DNA of 64,000 nucleotides, taken from positions 37 through 64,036 of the forward strand of contig CAINMV010000034.1 in assembly GCA_903850915.1 (NCBI GenBank). Reading direction: 5' to 3'. This document shows positions 39,174 through 49,323 of the stretch, piece after piece; position 1 is the stretch's first letter, and each line of letters starts with the position of its first letter. Below the pieces are notes generated by a model that ran no database searches, was not told the DNA's origin, and worked only from the letters and a program-made list of their open reading frames with translations. The position numbers and the translations under genes are program-made. The DNA comes from an uncultured Bacteroidota bacterium (GTDB lineage: Bacteria; Bacteroidota; Bacteroidia; UKL13-3).

Positions 39174-40213
39174 AAAAAAAGACAAGCATAATTGCATTTA
39201 TACTATTAGTTATAACCTTCGGTTTCCGTGTTAATCACACACCTGAATTCCCCACTCCCAAAGGCTGGCCATTGCCACAATACGATTTCAGGAAAAACCC
39301 ATTAGATTCAAAAAAGATTGAATTGGGAAGAATGCTATTTTATGATCCGATTCTTTCGCGCGACAGCAGTATCTCTTGCACAAGTTGTCATTCGCAATAT
39401 AGCGCATTTACCCATGTTGATCATGCCCTTAGCCACGGCATTGATGGAAAAATTGGAACCCGGAATTCGCCTGCTTTAATGAATTTGGCTTGGGGGAAAA
39501 GCTTTATGTGGGATGGCGCGATAAACCACCTCGACATGCAAGCATTGGCACCCATCTCAAATACGTTAGAGATGGACGACAACATAAAAAATGTAGTATT
39601 CAAATTACAGCGGTCGGCAATATATAGTACGCTTTTTTATACGGCATTTGGGGTAAAAAAAATCCAAGGAGCCCATGTTTTGAAGTCACTCTCGCAGTTT
39701 ATGTTAACTTTGGTAAGTTCAAATTCCAAATACGATAAGATGAAGCAAGGTGCCATAAAATTTACAGAAGCCGAACATCGAGGATATTTGCTATTTCAGA
39801 ACCATTGTTCTAGCTGCCACAAAGAGCCACTTTTTAGTAATTATCAATTTGAAAACAACGGATTGCATTTAGATGACTCCCTTTTAGATATTGGTCGGAT
39901 GCGAGTAACGCAACATGCTGTAGATTCATTGAAATTTAAAGTACCCACGCTGCGAAATATAGAATTCACCTCGCCCTATATGCATGATGGCCGATTTCAA
40001 ACCCTAAATCAGGTGCTAAACCATTATATCAAAGGCATTATGCCTTCTTCAACGCTCAGCGGTATATTAAAAAATGGCATTAATTTAAGCCCGAACGAGA
40101 AAGCAGATGTAGTGGCCTTCCTCCTCACACTGTCGGATAAGGAGTTTGTTTTCAACCCTCAATTCAGCTATCCAAAATCGTCTTTTCAAAAAAACCTAAA
40201 ACAGGCAGATTGA
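39170..40213 (+). CDS. di-haem cytochrome c peroxidase (CCP/MauG/MbnH family)
   Basis: Two CXXCH sites (CTSCH, CSSCH). Signal peptide present; 347 aa. Confidence 0.85.
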   Translation: MKKKTSIIAFILLVITFGFRVNHTPEFPTPKGWPLPQYDFRKNPLDSKKIELGRMLFYDPILSRDSSISCTSCHSQYSAFTHVDHALSHGIDGKIGTRNSPALMNLAWGKSFMWDGAINHLDMQALAPISNTLEMDDNIKNVVFKLQRSAIYSTLFYTAFGVKKIQGAHVLKSLSQFMLTLVSSNSKYDKMKQGAIKFTEAEHRGYLLFQNHCSSCHKEPLFSNYQFENNGLHLDDSLLDIGRMRVTQHAVDSLKFKVPTLRNIEFTSPYMHDGRFQTLNQVLNHYIKGIMPSSTLSGILKNGINLSPNEKADVVAFLLTLSDKEFVFNPQFSYPKSSFQKNLKQAD

Positions 40214-40225
40214 AAATTTAGTAGC

Positions 40226-40801
40226 CTATCTAATTTTCATCCCATCGTTAAAACACGAGCGACAACGAGGCTCATAACTTTCTTTTTCACCCAACAGCAC
40301 CGTGTTATCACTCTCTACGAGGCGGAATGAGTGGGTGGCAAAATCACCACAACGCATACAAATAGCATGTACTTTGGTAACAAATTCCGCTTTCGCCATT
40401 AGAGATGGCATCGGACCAAAAGGCTTGCCTAAAAAATCCATATCCAATCCGGCAATAATAACACGAACCCCTTTATTCGCTAAAGCTTCACAAACATCAG
40501 GAAGGCCTTCATCAAAAAACTGCGCTTCATCGATACCCACCACATCCACATTGGCTGAGATTAAAAGTAAATTCGAAGAAGAATTAATCGGGGTTGACTT
40601 AATACTATTGGCATCATGAGAAACAATTTGCACGTCATCGTAGCGCACATCGAGTGCCGGCTTAAAGATTTCAACCTTCATATTCGCATACTGGGCGCGC
40701 TTTAAACGTCGTATTAATTCTTCTGTTTTACCGGAGAACATAGATCCACAGATAACTTCTATCCATCCTTTAGGTCCGGCTTTTCGTGGTTCTAAAAACA
40801 T
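40226..40801 (-). CDS. tdk: thymidine kinase
   Basis: P-loop GSMFSGKT and a C-terminal zinc ribbon (CxxC...CxxC). Confidence 0.9.
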   Translation of the reverse strand: MFLEPRKAGPKGWIEVICGSMFSGKTEELIRRLKRAQYANMKVEIFKPALDVRYDDVQIVSHDANSIKSTPINSSSNLLLISANVDVVGIDEAQFFDEGLPDVCEALANKGVRVIIAGLDMDFLGKPFGPMPSLMAKAEFVTKVHAICMRCGDFATHSFRLVESDNTVLLGEKESYEPRCRSCFNDGMKIR

Positions 40802-40871
40802 TTACGTTAAATAAACTTATTTTTGCAAAGAAAATACTTTTTGGTGGATTGGATCTATTTCGAAAATTAAA

Positions 40872-41624
40872 ATGAAAGTTCTATTAGCAATACCAGCTCG
40901 ATATGGCAGCACTCGCTTCGAAGGTAAGCCTTTGGCCGACATTTGCGGCAAAACAATGATCCAACGTGTCGTAGAACAATGCAAATTGGTTCAAGACCTA
41001 ACCCAAGATCATATTGATGTGGTGGTGGCGACAGATGACCTTCGGATTTTTAATCACGTTTCAATATTTGGAAAAGCAATAATGACCTCGAGTACCCACC
41101 AAAGCGGTACTGACAGAATTGCCGAAGTTGCCACCCATATGCAGAACGCTTACGATGTTATTATTAATGTGCAGGGAGATGAGCCGTTAATTCATCCGAA
41201 ACAAATTTTGCAATTGATTGACTGCTTTAGAAACACTGAGACACAGATTGCTACTTTGATTAAACCCGAATCGTTTACAAGTGAGCTAACATCATCCAAT
41301 GCCGTGAAATGTGTGGTTGACATCCACTTAAAAGCGCTATACTTCTCTCGATTTCCGATTCCTTATTACCGAGACGAAGCTACAAGAGCTGGAGAAGTTT
41401 TTTATCGCCATGTAGGCATGTATGGATTTAATGCCCCTGTACTTGAAAAACTAACCCAATTGCCAACTTCGATGCTCGAGAAAGCCGAGAGCCTTGAACA
41501 ACTGAGGTGGCTTGAAAACGGATTTCAAATTCAAACGGCACTTACAAACTATGAGAACATCTCCGTTGATAGCCCTGAAGATTTAGACCGCGTGGTTACC
41601 CTTCTTACCTCAAACCAGCATTAA
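40872..41624 (+). CDS. kdsB: 3-deoxy-manno-octulosonate cytidylyltransferase (CMP-KDO synthetase)
   Basis: N-terminus AIPARYGSTRFEGKPL. Confidence 0.9.
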   Translation: MKVLLAIPARYGSTRFEGKPLADICGKTMIQRVVEQCKLVQDLTQDHIDVVVATDDLRIFNHVSIFGKAIMTSSTHQSGTDRIAEVATHMQNAYDVIINVQGDEPLIHPKQILQLIDCFRNTETQIATLIKPESFTSELTSSNAVKCVVDIHLKALYFSRFPIPYYRDEATRAGEVFYRHVGMYGFNAPVLEKLTQLPTSMLEKAESLEQLRWLENGFQIQTALTNYENISVDSPEDLDRVVTLLTSNQH

Positions 41625-41647
41625 ACGAACCTATTCGCCTTAAATCC

Positions 41648-42277
41648 ATGAGCCTATTCCTTGAACTTAGCGAAAGCAACCCCAATGAGCAACACATAAA
41701 GGCTGCCGTGAAACATTTAAAGGAGGGTGGGCTAATTATTTTCCCAACCGACACTATTTATGCTATGGGGTGCGACTTAATGAACTACAAGGCTATAGAA
41801 AGACTCTGCAAAATATTCAACTCCAAACCTGAACAAACCAACCTTTCCCTAATTTGTCGCGACCTTAAAAACATTTCCGATTATACGCTACCCTTCGACA
41901 CGCCGGTATTCAAGTTGATGAAACAAACATTGCCTGGACCCTATACTTTTATTTTAAAAGCCAACTCCAATGTCACCAAAATCTTCCATAATAAGAAAAA
42001 GACAGTCGGAATTCGTGTTCCAAACAACAATGTTGCACGAATGTTGGTTCAAGAGTTAGGGAATCCATTGGTTTCAAAATCAATTCACAGCAGCAACGAA
42101 ATAGAAGATTACATTACCGACCCTTACGAAATTTTCGGCACCTACGAGCGTTCTATCGACTGTATGATTAGTGATGGATATGGTAATAATCAGGCATCTA
42201 CGATTATTGATTGCAGCGAAGAAACACCCTACTTGGTGCGAGAAGGGAAAGGGGAAATTAAAAATCTTGTACTTTAA
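41648..42277 (+). CDS. tsaC: L-threonylcarbamoyladenylate synthase (YrdC/Sua5 domain)
   Basis: YrdC fold motifs (PTDTIYAMG); 209 aa. Confidence 0.8.
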   Translation: MSLFLELSESNPNEQHIKAAVKHLKEGGLIIFPTDTIYAMGCDLMNYKAIERLCKIFNSKPEQTNLSLICRDLKNISDYTLPFDTPVFKLMKQTLPGPYTFILKANSNVTKIFHNKKKTVGIRVPNNNVARMLVQELGNPLVSKSIHSSNEIEDYITDPYEIFGTYERSIDCMISDGYGNNQASTIIDCSEETPYLVREGKGEIKNLVL

Positions 42278-42411
42278 GATATCGATTATTACACAAAATT
42301 TACCAAAACACCAAATCTTTATTTTGCATCAATCCTTGATTATATGGGGTTTTTAAGGTAATTAATCGTAAATTCGCGGTAGAGTTCTCAAAAAATTAAT
42401 TTATTCAGAGT

Positions 42412-43233
42412 ATGCAGAAGAAAAGAATTATGTTCGTTTCCTCAGAAATGAGCCCTTTCTTAGAAACTTCAAGTATTGCTAATTTAGCCTTACGCCTCCC
42501 GAAGCACATCCAAGAAAGAAACACGGAAATTCGTGTGTTTATTCCTCGCTTCGGTGTTATCAATGAGCGCAGAAACAAATTGCATGAAGTTGTTCGTCTG
42601 TCCGGTATCAATATCAATATTGATGACACAGATTATCCATTGACCATAAAAGTTGCATCGCTTCCACAGGCAAAACTGCAAGTTTATTTTCTAGACAACG
42701 AAGATTATTTCCATAGGAAATTCATCTTTAACGATGAAAATGACAAATTTTTCAAGGATAACGACGAAAGAACCATTTTCTTCTGCAAAGGAGTTTTAGA
42801 AACATGCAAGAAACTAGGATGGCCGCCGGACTTGATTCATTGCCAGGGATGGATGACGAGTTTGATTCCGATGTATTTAAAATCGACCTATAAAGACGAC
42901 CCTATCTTCCGTAAATCGAAAGTAGTTTACTCTGTTTTTGAAAACCAATATACCAATTCATTAGGAAAAGATTTTATCCGTAAGGCATCGCTGCAACATG
43001 TAAAAACTGAGCATACTGCGCCTTTCGAAAATGGAGAATGTGCAAGTATGTATATGGGTGCAATTGCTCATTCGGATGGCATAATCCGCGCATCAGATAA
43101 CATAAATACCAAGGTGGATAAGTTCATCAACATTCAAAAAAAGAAATTGATTTTAGAATCACCGCAAGGAGAAGCAGAGAATCTAGTTGACATCTATGAA
43201 GAGTTTTATCATAAAGTAATTGATGGAAAATAA
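42412..43233 (+). CDS. short glycogen/starch-synthase-like protein (N-terminal GT5-like domain only)
   Basis: N-terminus IMFVSSEMSPF resembles a GlgA N-terminal domain. The 273-aa version is conserved in Bacteroidota upstream of DUF4270. Confidence 0.55.
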   Translation: MQKKRIMFVSSEMSPFLETSSIANLALRLPKHIQERNTEIRVFIPRFGVINERRNKLHEVVRLSGININIDDTDYPLTIKVASLPQAKLQVYFLDNEDYFHRKFIFNDENDKFFKDNDERTIFFCKGVLETCKKLGWPPDLIHCQGWMTSLIPMYLKSTYKDDPIFRKSKVVYSVFENQYTNSLGKDFIRKASLQHVKTEHTAPFENGECASMYMGAIAHSDGIIRASDNINTKVDKFINIQKKKLILESPQGEAENLVDIYEEFYHKVIDGK

Positions 43234-44605
43234 TCTCAAACACCTAAGTCTCTTTATTATTCTGCTGATTGTCATTTCATCTTGTAAACGCAAGGAGGCA
43301 ATAGGCAATGGCCTTGTGCCTGATGCTGTTAATAGTAATATTGTTTACACAGACACCTTAACATTAATAACTAGAACCGTAATCGAGGATTCGATTATCA
43401 CCTCTGAATTATCGAACAACATTCTTGGAACCAGTAACAACAGTTTGTTTAACTTGTCGCATGCCAATGTATCAGCGCAGTATTTCCTACCTCGAGATAA
43501 CTTTTCATTTGGAGGTGCAACAAAATTTGATTCTGCCGTACTTTATGTTGGTTTTTTAGCCGCTGATGGTACCGAAGGCAATCGCAGCTTTGGTGATATG
43601 TCGTCGCAGCAACGTTTTACAATTCACGAGTTAAATAGCGTGTTAGACCCTGCTCGCTCCTATTACAATACAAGCTTTATAGATTATAACGCTGTTACTT
43701 TAGGCGCCTTCAATGGAAAATTAAACCTAACCGACAGTATCACCATCAAACGAGGATCACAAACATCAAAAATACCTCCATGTTTACATTTTAAATTGGA
43801 TGACAACTGGGCGAAAGCAAAGATTTTCAATGCCCCTGCCACCGCATTCTCCACCAATGGTGATTTCCTAAATTACTTCAAAGGGTTGTCTATTATAAGT
43901 GAAGGTGCACTTACTGGTAGCGGAGGATTTGTATATGTTAATTTAAAAACCCTAAATAAATTTAGCATTCCTACAGGCTCCGCTTTGGTGGTTTATTATA
44001 ACGACTCACTTTCAACATCTTTTACTGTTACCTCCTCGGCGCGTCGGGTGAACACCTATAACCATTCAATTCCAACTTCTTCGGTGCCTCAAACCTATGC
44101 GCATCCAGCAAATTCGCCCAATGCAGACTCGTGTTTTATTCAGGCTATGGGCAGATATAAAACAAAGATAGAGATACCTTATTTGTATGAGCTTGCAAAA
44201 AAACACAACAACATAGCTATCAATAGTGCGGAATTAATTGTAAAGCCATACACCACGAATCTAACTGCCGACTATTACGCTCCAACTAGTTTGCGCCTTT
44301 TACAACCCAACGCCACCGACGGGAAAAACGATTTTATACGTGACATCTTGTTTCTTGGCAATGGCCCTGCTAATCCTTTTTATGGTGGCTACTATAATGT
44401 GAATACTAACGAATATAAATTTAACTTCCGTTTGCACCTGCAAGAACTGTTAAACGACTATAAAGCCACCGGAAGCACAGCTAAAAACCGTGGCTTATAT
44501 CTTATTATACCTACCGACAACCCAATTGCAGCAAGCCATGTTATGTTGGACACACGTAAGGGAAGTGGAATAAAAGTTAAAATTTACTACACCATTCAAA
44601 ATTAA
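43220..44605 (+). CDS. DUF4270-family lipoprotein
   Basis: Lipobox VISSC. 14-nt overlap with the upstream gene. Family assignment is from memory. Confidence 0.5.
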   Translation: MMENNLKHLSLFIILLIVISSCKRKEAIGNGLVPDAVNSNIVYTDTLTLITRTVIEDSIITSELSNNILGTSNNSLFNLSHANVSAQYFLPRDNFSFGGATKFDSAVLYVGFLAADGTEGNRSFGDMSSQQRFTIHELNSVLDPARSYYNTSFIDYNAVTLGAFNGKLNLTDSITIKRGSQTSKIPPCLHFKLDDNWAKAKIFNAPATAFSTNGDFLNYFKGLSIISEGALTGSGGFVYVNLKTLNKFSIPTGSALVVYYNDSLSTSFTVTSSARRVNTYNHSIPTSSVPQTYAHPANSPNADSCFIQAMGRYKTKIEIPYLYELAKKHNNIAINSAELIVKPYTTNLTADYYAPTSLRLLQPNATDGKNDFIRDILFLGNGPANPFYGGYYNVNTNEYKFNFRLHLQELLNDYKATGSTAKNRGLYLIIPTDNPIAASHVMLDTRKGSGIKVKIYYTIQN

Positions 44606-44610
44606 CTAAA

Positions 44611-45636
44611 GTGATTGTCGTTCTAAAAGCAAATCTATCTAAGAAGCAGGTTGGAGAAGTGCTGCGTCAACTCTCTGATTTAAATTTAGAGATTCACAAT
44701 GCCACACTTAACGATAGAAATATTGTTGCTATTAGTGAATTTCCACACGACTTCGATATTCGAAGGATAAAGTTACTTGATGGAGTGCAAGAGGTGTTTG
44801 AAGTAAATGAACCCTACAAACTTGCAAGTAGAACATGGAAAAAAGACCCAACGACTTTCGATGTGAAAGGAATCACGGTTGGTGGCAGTAGTATTAATGT
44901 AATAGCTGGGCCTTGTGCTGTAGAGAGCGAAGAGCAAATATTCAGCATTGCTAAAAACCTCCATGATAATGGCGTTAAATTTATACGTGGCGGTGCCTAT
45001 AAGCCACGTACCTCTCCATACACATTTCAAGGGATGGCAGTGGAAGGCTTACAACTTCTTCGCCAGGCTGCTGATAAATATAACTTGCGTGTAGTAACAG
45101 AAATAATCGACTTAAGCGTGCTTGACGAAGTGTATGAATATGCTGATGTTTTGCAAGTTGGAACACGTAATATGATGAACTTTTTTATGCTCACCGAATT
45201 GGGGAAAATTGACAAGCCCATTATGCTGAAACGAGGCATGAGCAGTAAAATTACAGAGTGGCTTATGAGTGCCGAATATATTTTAAGTGGTGGAAACGAG
45301 AAAGTAATTCTGTGCGAAAGAGGCATTCGAACTTTTGACAGCAGCGTTAGAAACACTTTGGATGTAGCTGCCTTTCCAATTATTAAGGAGCTTAGCCATC
45401 TGCCTGTATTCTCCGATCCTAGCCATGGCACCGGGATTCGTCATCGTGTAACTCCACTCGCGCTTGCTTCTATAGCCGCTGGTGCCGATGGCTTGATGAT
45501 TGAAGTTCATAATGACCCCGAGCAAGCCTTAAGTGACGGGCCACAATCGTTATTCCCTCACCAATTTACAACGTTGCTTCAAAAATTGAAACCTATTGCA
45601 CATGTAGTAGGAAGAACATTGGACGTAGAACTTTAA
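44611..45636 (+). CDS. 3-deoxy-7-phosphoheptulonate (DAHP) synthase, KDO8P-synthase-like class with N-terminal regulatory domain
   Basis: DAHP_synth_1 motifs (GPCAVES, KPRTSP); 341 aa. Confidence 0.8.
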   Translation: MIVVLKANLSKKQVGEVLRQLSDLNLEIHNATLNDRNIVAISEFPHDFDIRRIKLLDGVQEVFEVNEPYKLASRTWKKDPTTFDVKGITVGGSSINVIAGPCAVESEEQIFSIAKNLHDNGVKFIRGGAYKPRTSPYTFQGMAVEGLQLLRQAADKYNLRVVTEIIDLSVLDEVYEYADVLQVGTRNMMNFFMLTELGKIDKPIMLKRGMSSKITEWLMSAEYILSGGNEKVILCERGIRTFDSSVRNTLDVAAFPIIKELSHLPVFSDPSHGTGIRHRVTPLALASIAAGADGLMIEVHNDPEQALSDGPQSLFPHQFTTLLQKLKPIAHVVGRTLDVEL

Positions 45637-45665
45637 GAAATTGCAAAAAGCTAAATCTCGATTGT

Positions 45666-46586
45666 TTAATATCTTTTTAATTGCTTCTCCACTTCTTTTA
45701 AGCCTTCTTCAAAACTAACCGGATTATAGCCAAGTATTTCGACCGCTTTGGAAATATCTAGACCTGTGATTGGAGGCCTCTTAGCTGCTTGTTTTAATGT
45801 ATCGCTTTTTGAAGGCGTGATAAGTTGAGCATCGAGCCCCCAAAAATGGGCCACCCTTTTTGCCAACTCGTAAATATTCATGAAATCTTTTCCTGCGAGG
45901 TTAAATAATCCTTCCGCATTTTTTTCTGCAATTAGAATGCAGCCTTTCGCTAAGTCGTCGGCTAATGTAGGTGTTCTATATTGGTCATCTACGACATTTA
46001 TTTTCTTGCCTTCTTCTAAGCTTTTCTTAACCCATAAAATAACATTACTGCGACTCATGTCAGCGACCACACCATATACAATAATTGTACGTGCGATGGA
46101 CCATTTCTTTGCAAACGTTTGCACCACTTGCTCTCCCATCAATTTACTATCCGCATAAAAGCTTAATGGATGAGGAACGGCATCCTCTTTATACATGCCA
46201 GCACCGACGCCGTCAAAAATAAAGTCTGTGCTTAATTGAATAAAGTGGGCATCCACCTTATTAGCGGCATCCACAAGAAATTTCACCGCATTCACGTTCA
46301 ACAATAAACACAATTCCTTCTCAGATTCACAAGCATCCACATTCGTCATAGCCGCAGCATTGATAATATAATCTGGACGATGTTTCAAAGCAATCTCTTC
46401 CACCTGACTAGCATTAGCGATATCAAGAGATTCAAAGCAGTAACCTGATTTAACCAAAGAACGATTTTCGCCTTTCGCTGTGGCTATCAAATCAAAATTA
46501 GGATGATTTATTAGTTGCTCGAGTAGCTTTTGACCGAGCAAACCATTGGCGCCTGTTACAAGTATTTTTTTCTTCACTGTGGGCAA
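45666..46586 (-). CDS. SDR-family NAD(P)-dependent oxidoreductase, RmlD-like (dTDP-4-dehydrorhamnose reductase-type)
   Basis: N-terminus ILVTGANGLLG with a downstream YxxxK motif. Confidence 0.6.
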   Translation of the reverse strand: MPTVKKKILVTGANGLLGQKLLEQLINHPNFDLIATAKGENRSLVKSGYCFESLDIANASQVEEIALKHRPDYIINAAAMTNVDACESEKELCLLLNVNAVKFLVDAANKVDAHFIQLSTDFIFDGVGAGMYKEDAVPHPLSFYADSKLMGEQVVQTFAKKWSIARTIIVYGVVADMSRSNVILWVKKSLEEGKKINVVDDQYRTPTLADDLAKGCILIAEKNAEGLFNLAGKDFMNIYELAKRVAHFWGLDAQLITPSKSDTLKQAAKRPPITGLDISKAVEILGYNPVSFEEGLKEVEKQLKRY

Positions 46587-46749
46587 AGTTAATAGGAAAA
46601 TTAGTTTAGAGGCAACCGAGAAACGAATTAATGCTGATAAGTGTCAAAAATAAGTCAATCGCCATTTTGTGAATATTCTGTTGCCCGAATTTTGATTAGT
46701 TTTTTATACTTTTACCACTTCAATATTCAGGATTAAAATCAAGATAGAT

Positions 46750-47298
46750 ATGGAATTAAAAGACATCGTTCACATTTCAGGAAAGCCGGGCCTATATAAG
46801 ATTGTAGCTCATGGAAAAACAAATTTGGTAGTAGAAAGCATCGACGCCTCAAAAACAAGAACCTCAGTTTCAATTACGCAGCGCTTCTCTGTTTTGGAAG
46901 ATATCTCAATGTTCACCACCGATGATGACATTAAACTTCGTGAAGTACTCGTGAAGGTTTTCGACCTTATTACAGCAGGAACCGCCTTACCATCTTCCAA
47001 GGGCAGTGATGCTGATTTAAAATCTTTCTTCGAAAATGCACTTCCTAATTATGATCAAGATCGTGTTCATCTTTCGGATATCAAAAGATTGATTCAATGG
47101 TATAGTTTACTTCAAAACGACTTAGACTTTGATGCATTGCGTCAGGTGAAAGATGACGATGAAGCCACCGGGACAGAGGTAAAGATTGAGCATCACGAAA
47201 CCAAAGCTGCAATTAAGAAACCGCAGCCAGCTATAAAAATCGACAACAAAGCGAAAAATAGTATTAACAAAACAGCCATCAATCGCAAGACTGTTTAA
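46750..47298 (+). CDS. DUF5606-family protein (conserved Bacteroidota hypothetical)
   Basis: Family pattern recalled from memory; no catalytic motif. Confidence 0.45.
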   Translation: MELKDIVHISGKPGLYKIVAHGKTNLVVESIDASKTRTSVSITQRFSVLEDISMFTTDDDIKLREVLVKVFDLITAGTALPSSKGSDADLKSFFENALPNYDQDRVHLSDIKRLIQWYSLLQNDLDFDALRQVKDDDEATGTEVKIEHHETKAAIKKPQPAIKIDNKAKNSINKTAINRKTV

Positions 47299-47322
47299 TA
47301 TTAATAACCCTAAATCAAAAAA

Positions 47323-47354
47323 AACCTCAACATTTCCTGTTGAGGTTTTTTTTT
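47323..47354 (+). terminator. rho-independent terminator
   Basis: Stem AACCTCAAC/GTTGAGGTT followed by a T9 run. Confidence 0.75.
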
Positions 47355-47401
47355 CTCTTATTGTTGGCGCATTGTGTTAATATATTACATTCGCAAAACA
47401 C

Positions 47402-47620
47402 ATGACACTTGAACAGCCCAACAATCCACTGCATGGAATAACTTTAGAATCTATTTTAATACGTTTAGTTGAGCATTATGGCTGGGATGACTTAAGTTCC
47501 ATAATTCAAATAAATTGCTTCACAAACAACCCAAGTATAAAGTCGAGCTTAACTTTTTTACGTAAGACTCCTTGGGCTAGAAAAAAGGTAGAAGCCCTAT
47601 ATCTACATTTGGTGGATTAA
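47402..47620 (+). CDS. VF530/DUF2132-family small protein
   Basis: 72 aa. Conserved pattern LVEHYGW...[15 protein letters not shown]. Confidence 0.6.
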   Translation: MTLEQPNNPLHGITLESILIRLVEHYGWDDLSSIIQINCFTNNPSIKSSLTFLRKTPWARKKVEALYLHLVD

Positions 47621-48180
47621 ACTGTAAGGATTTCCTTTTCTTTAATCTCCAAACTTTTATCTAGTTGGACAATAGTAGCATCAGTAAGTTTCTGAATCTG
47701 CTCATCTAGTTTTTTACCATCATCTTGAGGTAAACCAGCTTTTACGAGCGCCTTCGATTTCTCCATTGCATCCTTACGTATATTACGAATCGCAATCTTG
47801 CCATTTTCAGCCTCCGCCTTTGCCTGTTTAACTAGGTCCTTTCTGCGCTCTTCTGTTAATGGAGGTACGGTGATACGCACCATTTTCCCGTCGTTTTGAG
47901 GATTCAATCCAAGATTAGCCTTGCTAATTCCCTTTTCAATTTCAGCAATTAGACTTGTCTCCCATGGCTGAATTTGAAGTGTACGCGCATCTGGCGTGGT
48001 AACATTCGCCACTTGACTTAATGGAGTAAGATTTCCATAATAATCCACCATAACTACATCCAACATTGTTGGTGTTGCTTTGCCAGCGCGCACTTTTGCT
48101 ATTAAATCGGTAGAATGCGCATACGCATTATCCATTTTTGTTTTTGTATCGTCGTGAAGGGCTTTTGCTTGTTCTTGCAT
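47617..48180 (-). CDS. frr: ribosome recycling factor
   Basis: 187 aa with the RRF family pattern. Confidence 0.9.
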   Translation of the reverse strand: MQEQAKALHDDTKTKMDNAYAHSTDLIAKVRAGKATPTMLDVVMVDYYGNLTPLSQVANVTTPDARTLQIQPWETSLIAEIEKGISKANLGLNPQNDGKMVRITVPPLTEERRKDLVKQAKAEAENGKIAIRNIRKDAMEKSKALVKAGLPQDDGKKLDEQIQKLTDATIVQLDKSLEIKEKEILTV

Positions 48181-48317
48181 AAAACTAATGTTTTTAAGAA
48201 TTAGAATGCAAATATACTAAATACGTTCTCCAAAATAAAAATGCTCCTCTGTTTTTAAAACATTGTCTTCATTTTATGATTTTCGATGTCTAGTAATGAA
48301 AAACAAATGCAATACCT

Positions 48318-49310
48318 TTGCAATCTATGGAATATAGAAGATTAGGAAAATCGGGATTGCAAATCTCTGCACTCTCTTTGGGCTCATGGCTTACCTTTGG
48401 TGGGCAAATTGATGATTCGACAGCAGACGCACTAATGAGCATGAGCTATGACGCTGGCATTAATTTCTTTGACAACGCCGAAAGTTATCAAGGTGGCAAG
48501 AGCGAATTGGTGATGGGGAAAATCCTAAAATCCAAACCATGGAGCCGCAGCAGCTATATAGTTTCGAGCAAAATATTTTTTGGTTCGGAAGACGGAAAAC
48601 CGAATCAAAAAGGATTGAGTCGCAAACACCTATTTGAAGCCACGCACAAGTCATTAATCAGCCTTCAGCTAGATTATATTGATTTGCTTTTCTGCCACCG
48701 ACCGGACAAGTCAGTTCCAATTGAAGAAACAGTTTGGGCCATGCACAACCTCATCCAACAAGGCAAATGTTTGTATTGGGGAACAAGCGAATGGAGCGCT
48801 GCGGAAATTATGGAAGCCCGTAATATATGTGAACTGCATCACCTTATAAAACCCATAATGGAACAACCCCATTACAATATGTTTGTTAGAAACAAAATTG
48901 AAAATGAGTTTTTACATTTGTTTCAACATAAAGGAATGGGAACTACAATATGGAGTCCATTAGCATCTGGCTTGTTAAGTGGTAAATACAGCCAGGGAAT
49001 GCCCGAAGGCACGCGTTTAAGTGACGAAACCTTGGCTTGGTTAAAAGAGAGTACCGTTAACGAGGATCGCCTTTTGAAAACACAGAAACTTCAAATAATT
49101 GCCAACGACTTACATCTTAGCTTGCCTGTATTGGCACTTTCTTGGTGCTTGAAAAATCCAAATGTAAGTACCGTGATATTGGGGGCGACCAAGGTGAAAC
49201 AGCTTGAAGAAAATCTAACTGCAATAGATAAATATACAATGCTCAATGCAGAGATAATGGAAGCCATAGATGCTGTATTGGAAAACAAACCTAAATTGCC
49301 CGTATATTAA
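48318..49310 (+). CDS. aldo/keto reductase (Kv-beta/YajO-like)
   Basis: AKR motifs; 330 aa. Confidence 0.8.
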   Translation: MQSMEYRRLGKSGLQISALSLGSWLTFGGQIDDSTADALMSMSYDAGINFFDNAESYQGGKSELVMGKILKSKPWSRSSYIVSSKIFFGSEDGKPNQKGLSRKHLFEATHKSLISLQLDYIDLLFCHRPDKSVPIEETVWAMHNLIQQGKCLYWGTSEWSAAEIMEARNICELHHLIKPIMEQPHYNMFVRNKIENEFLHLFQHKGMGTTIWSPLASGLLSGKYSQGMPEGTRLSDETLAWLKESTVNEDRLLKTQKLQIIANDLHLSLPVLALSWCLKNPNVSTVILGATKVKQLEENLTAIDKYTMLNAEIMEAIDAVLENKPKLPVY

Positions 49311-49323
49311 TATCTTAGGCCTA

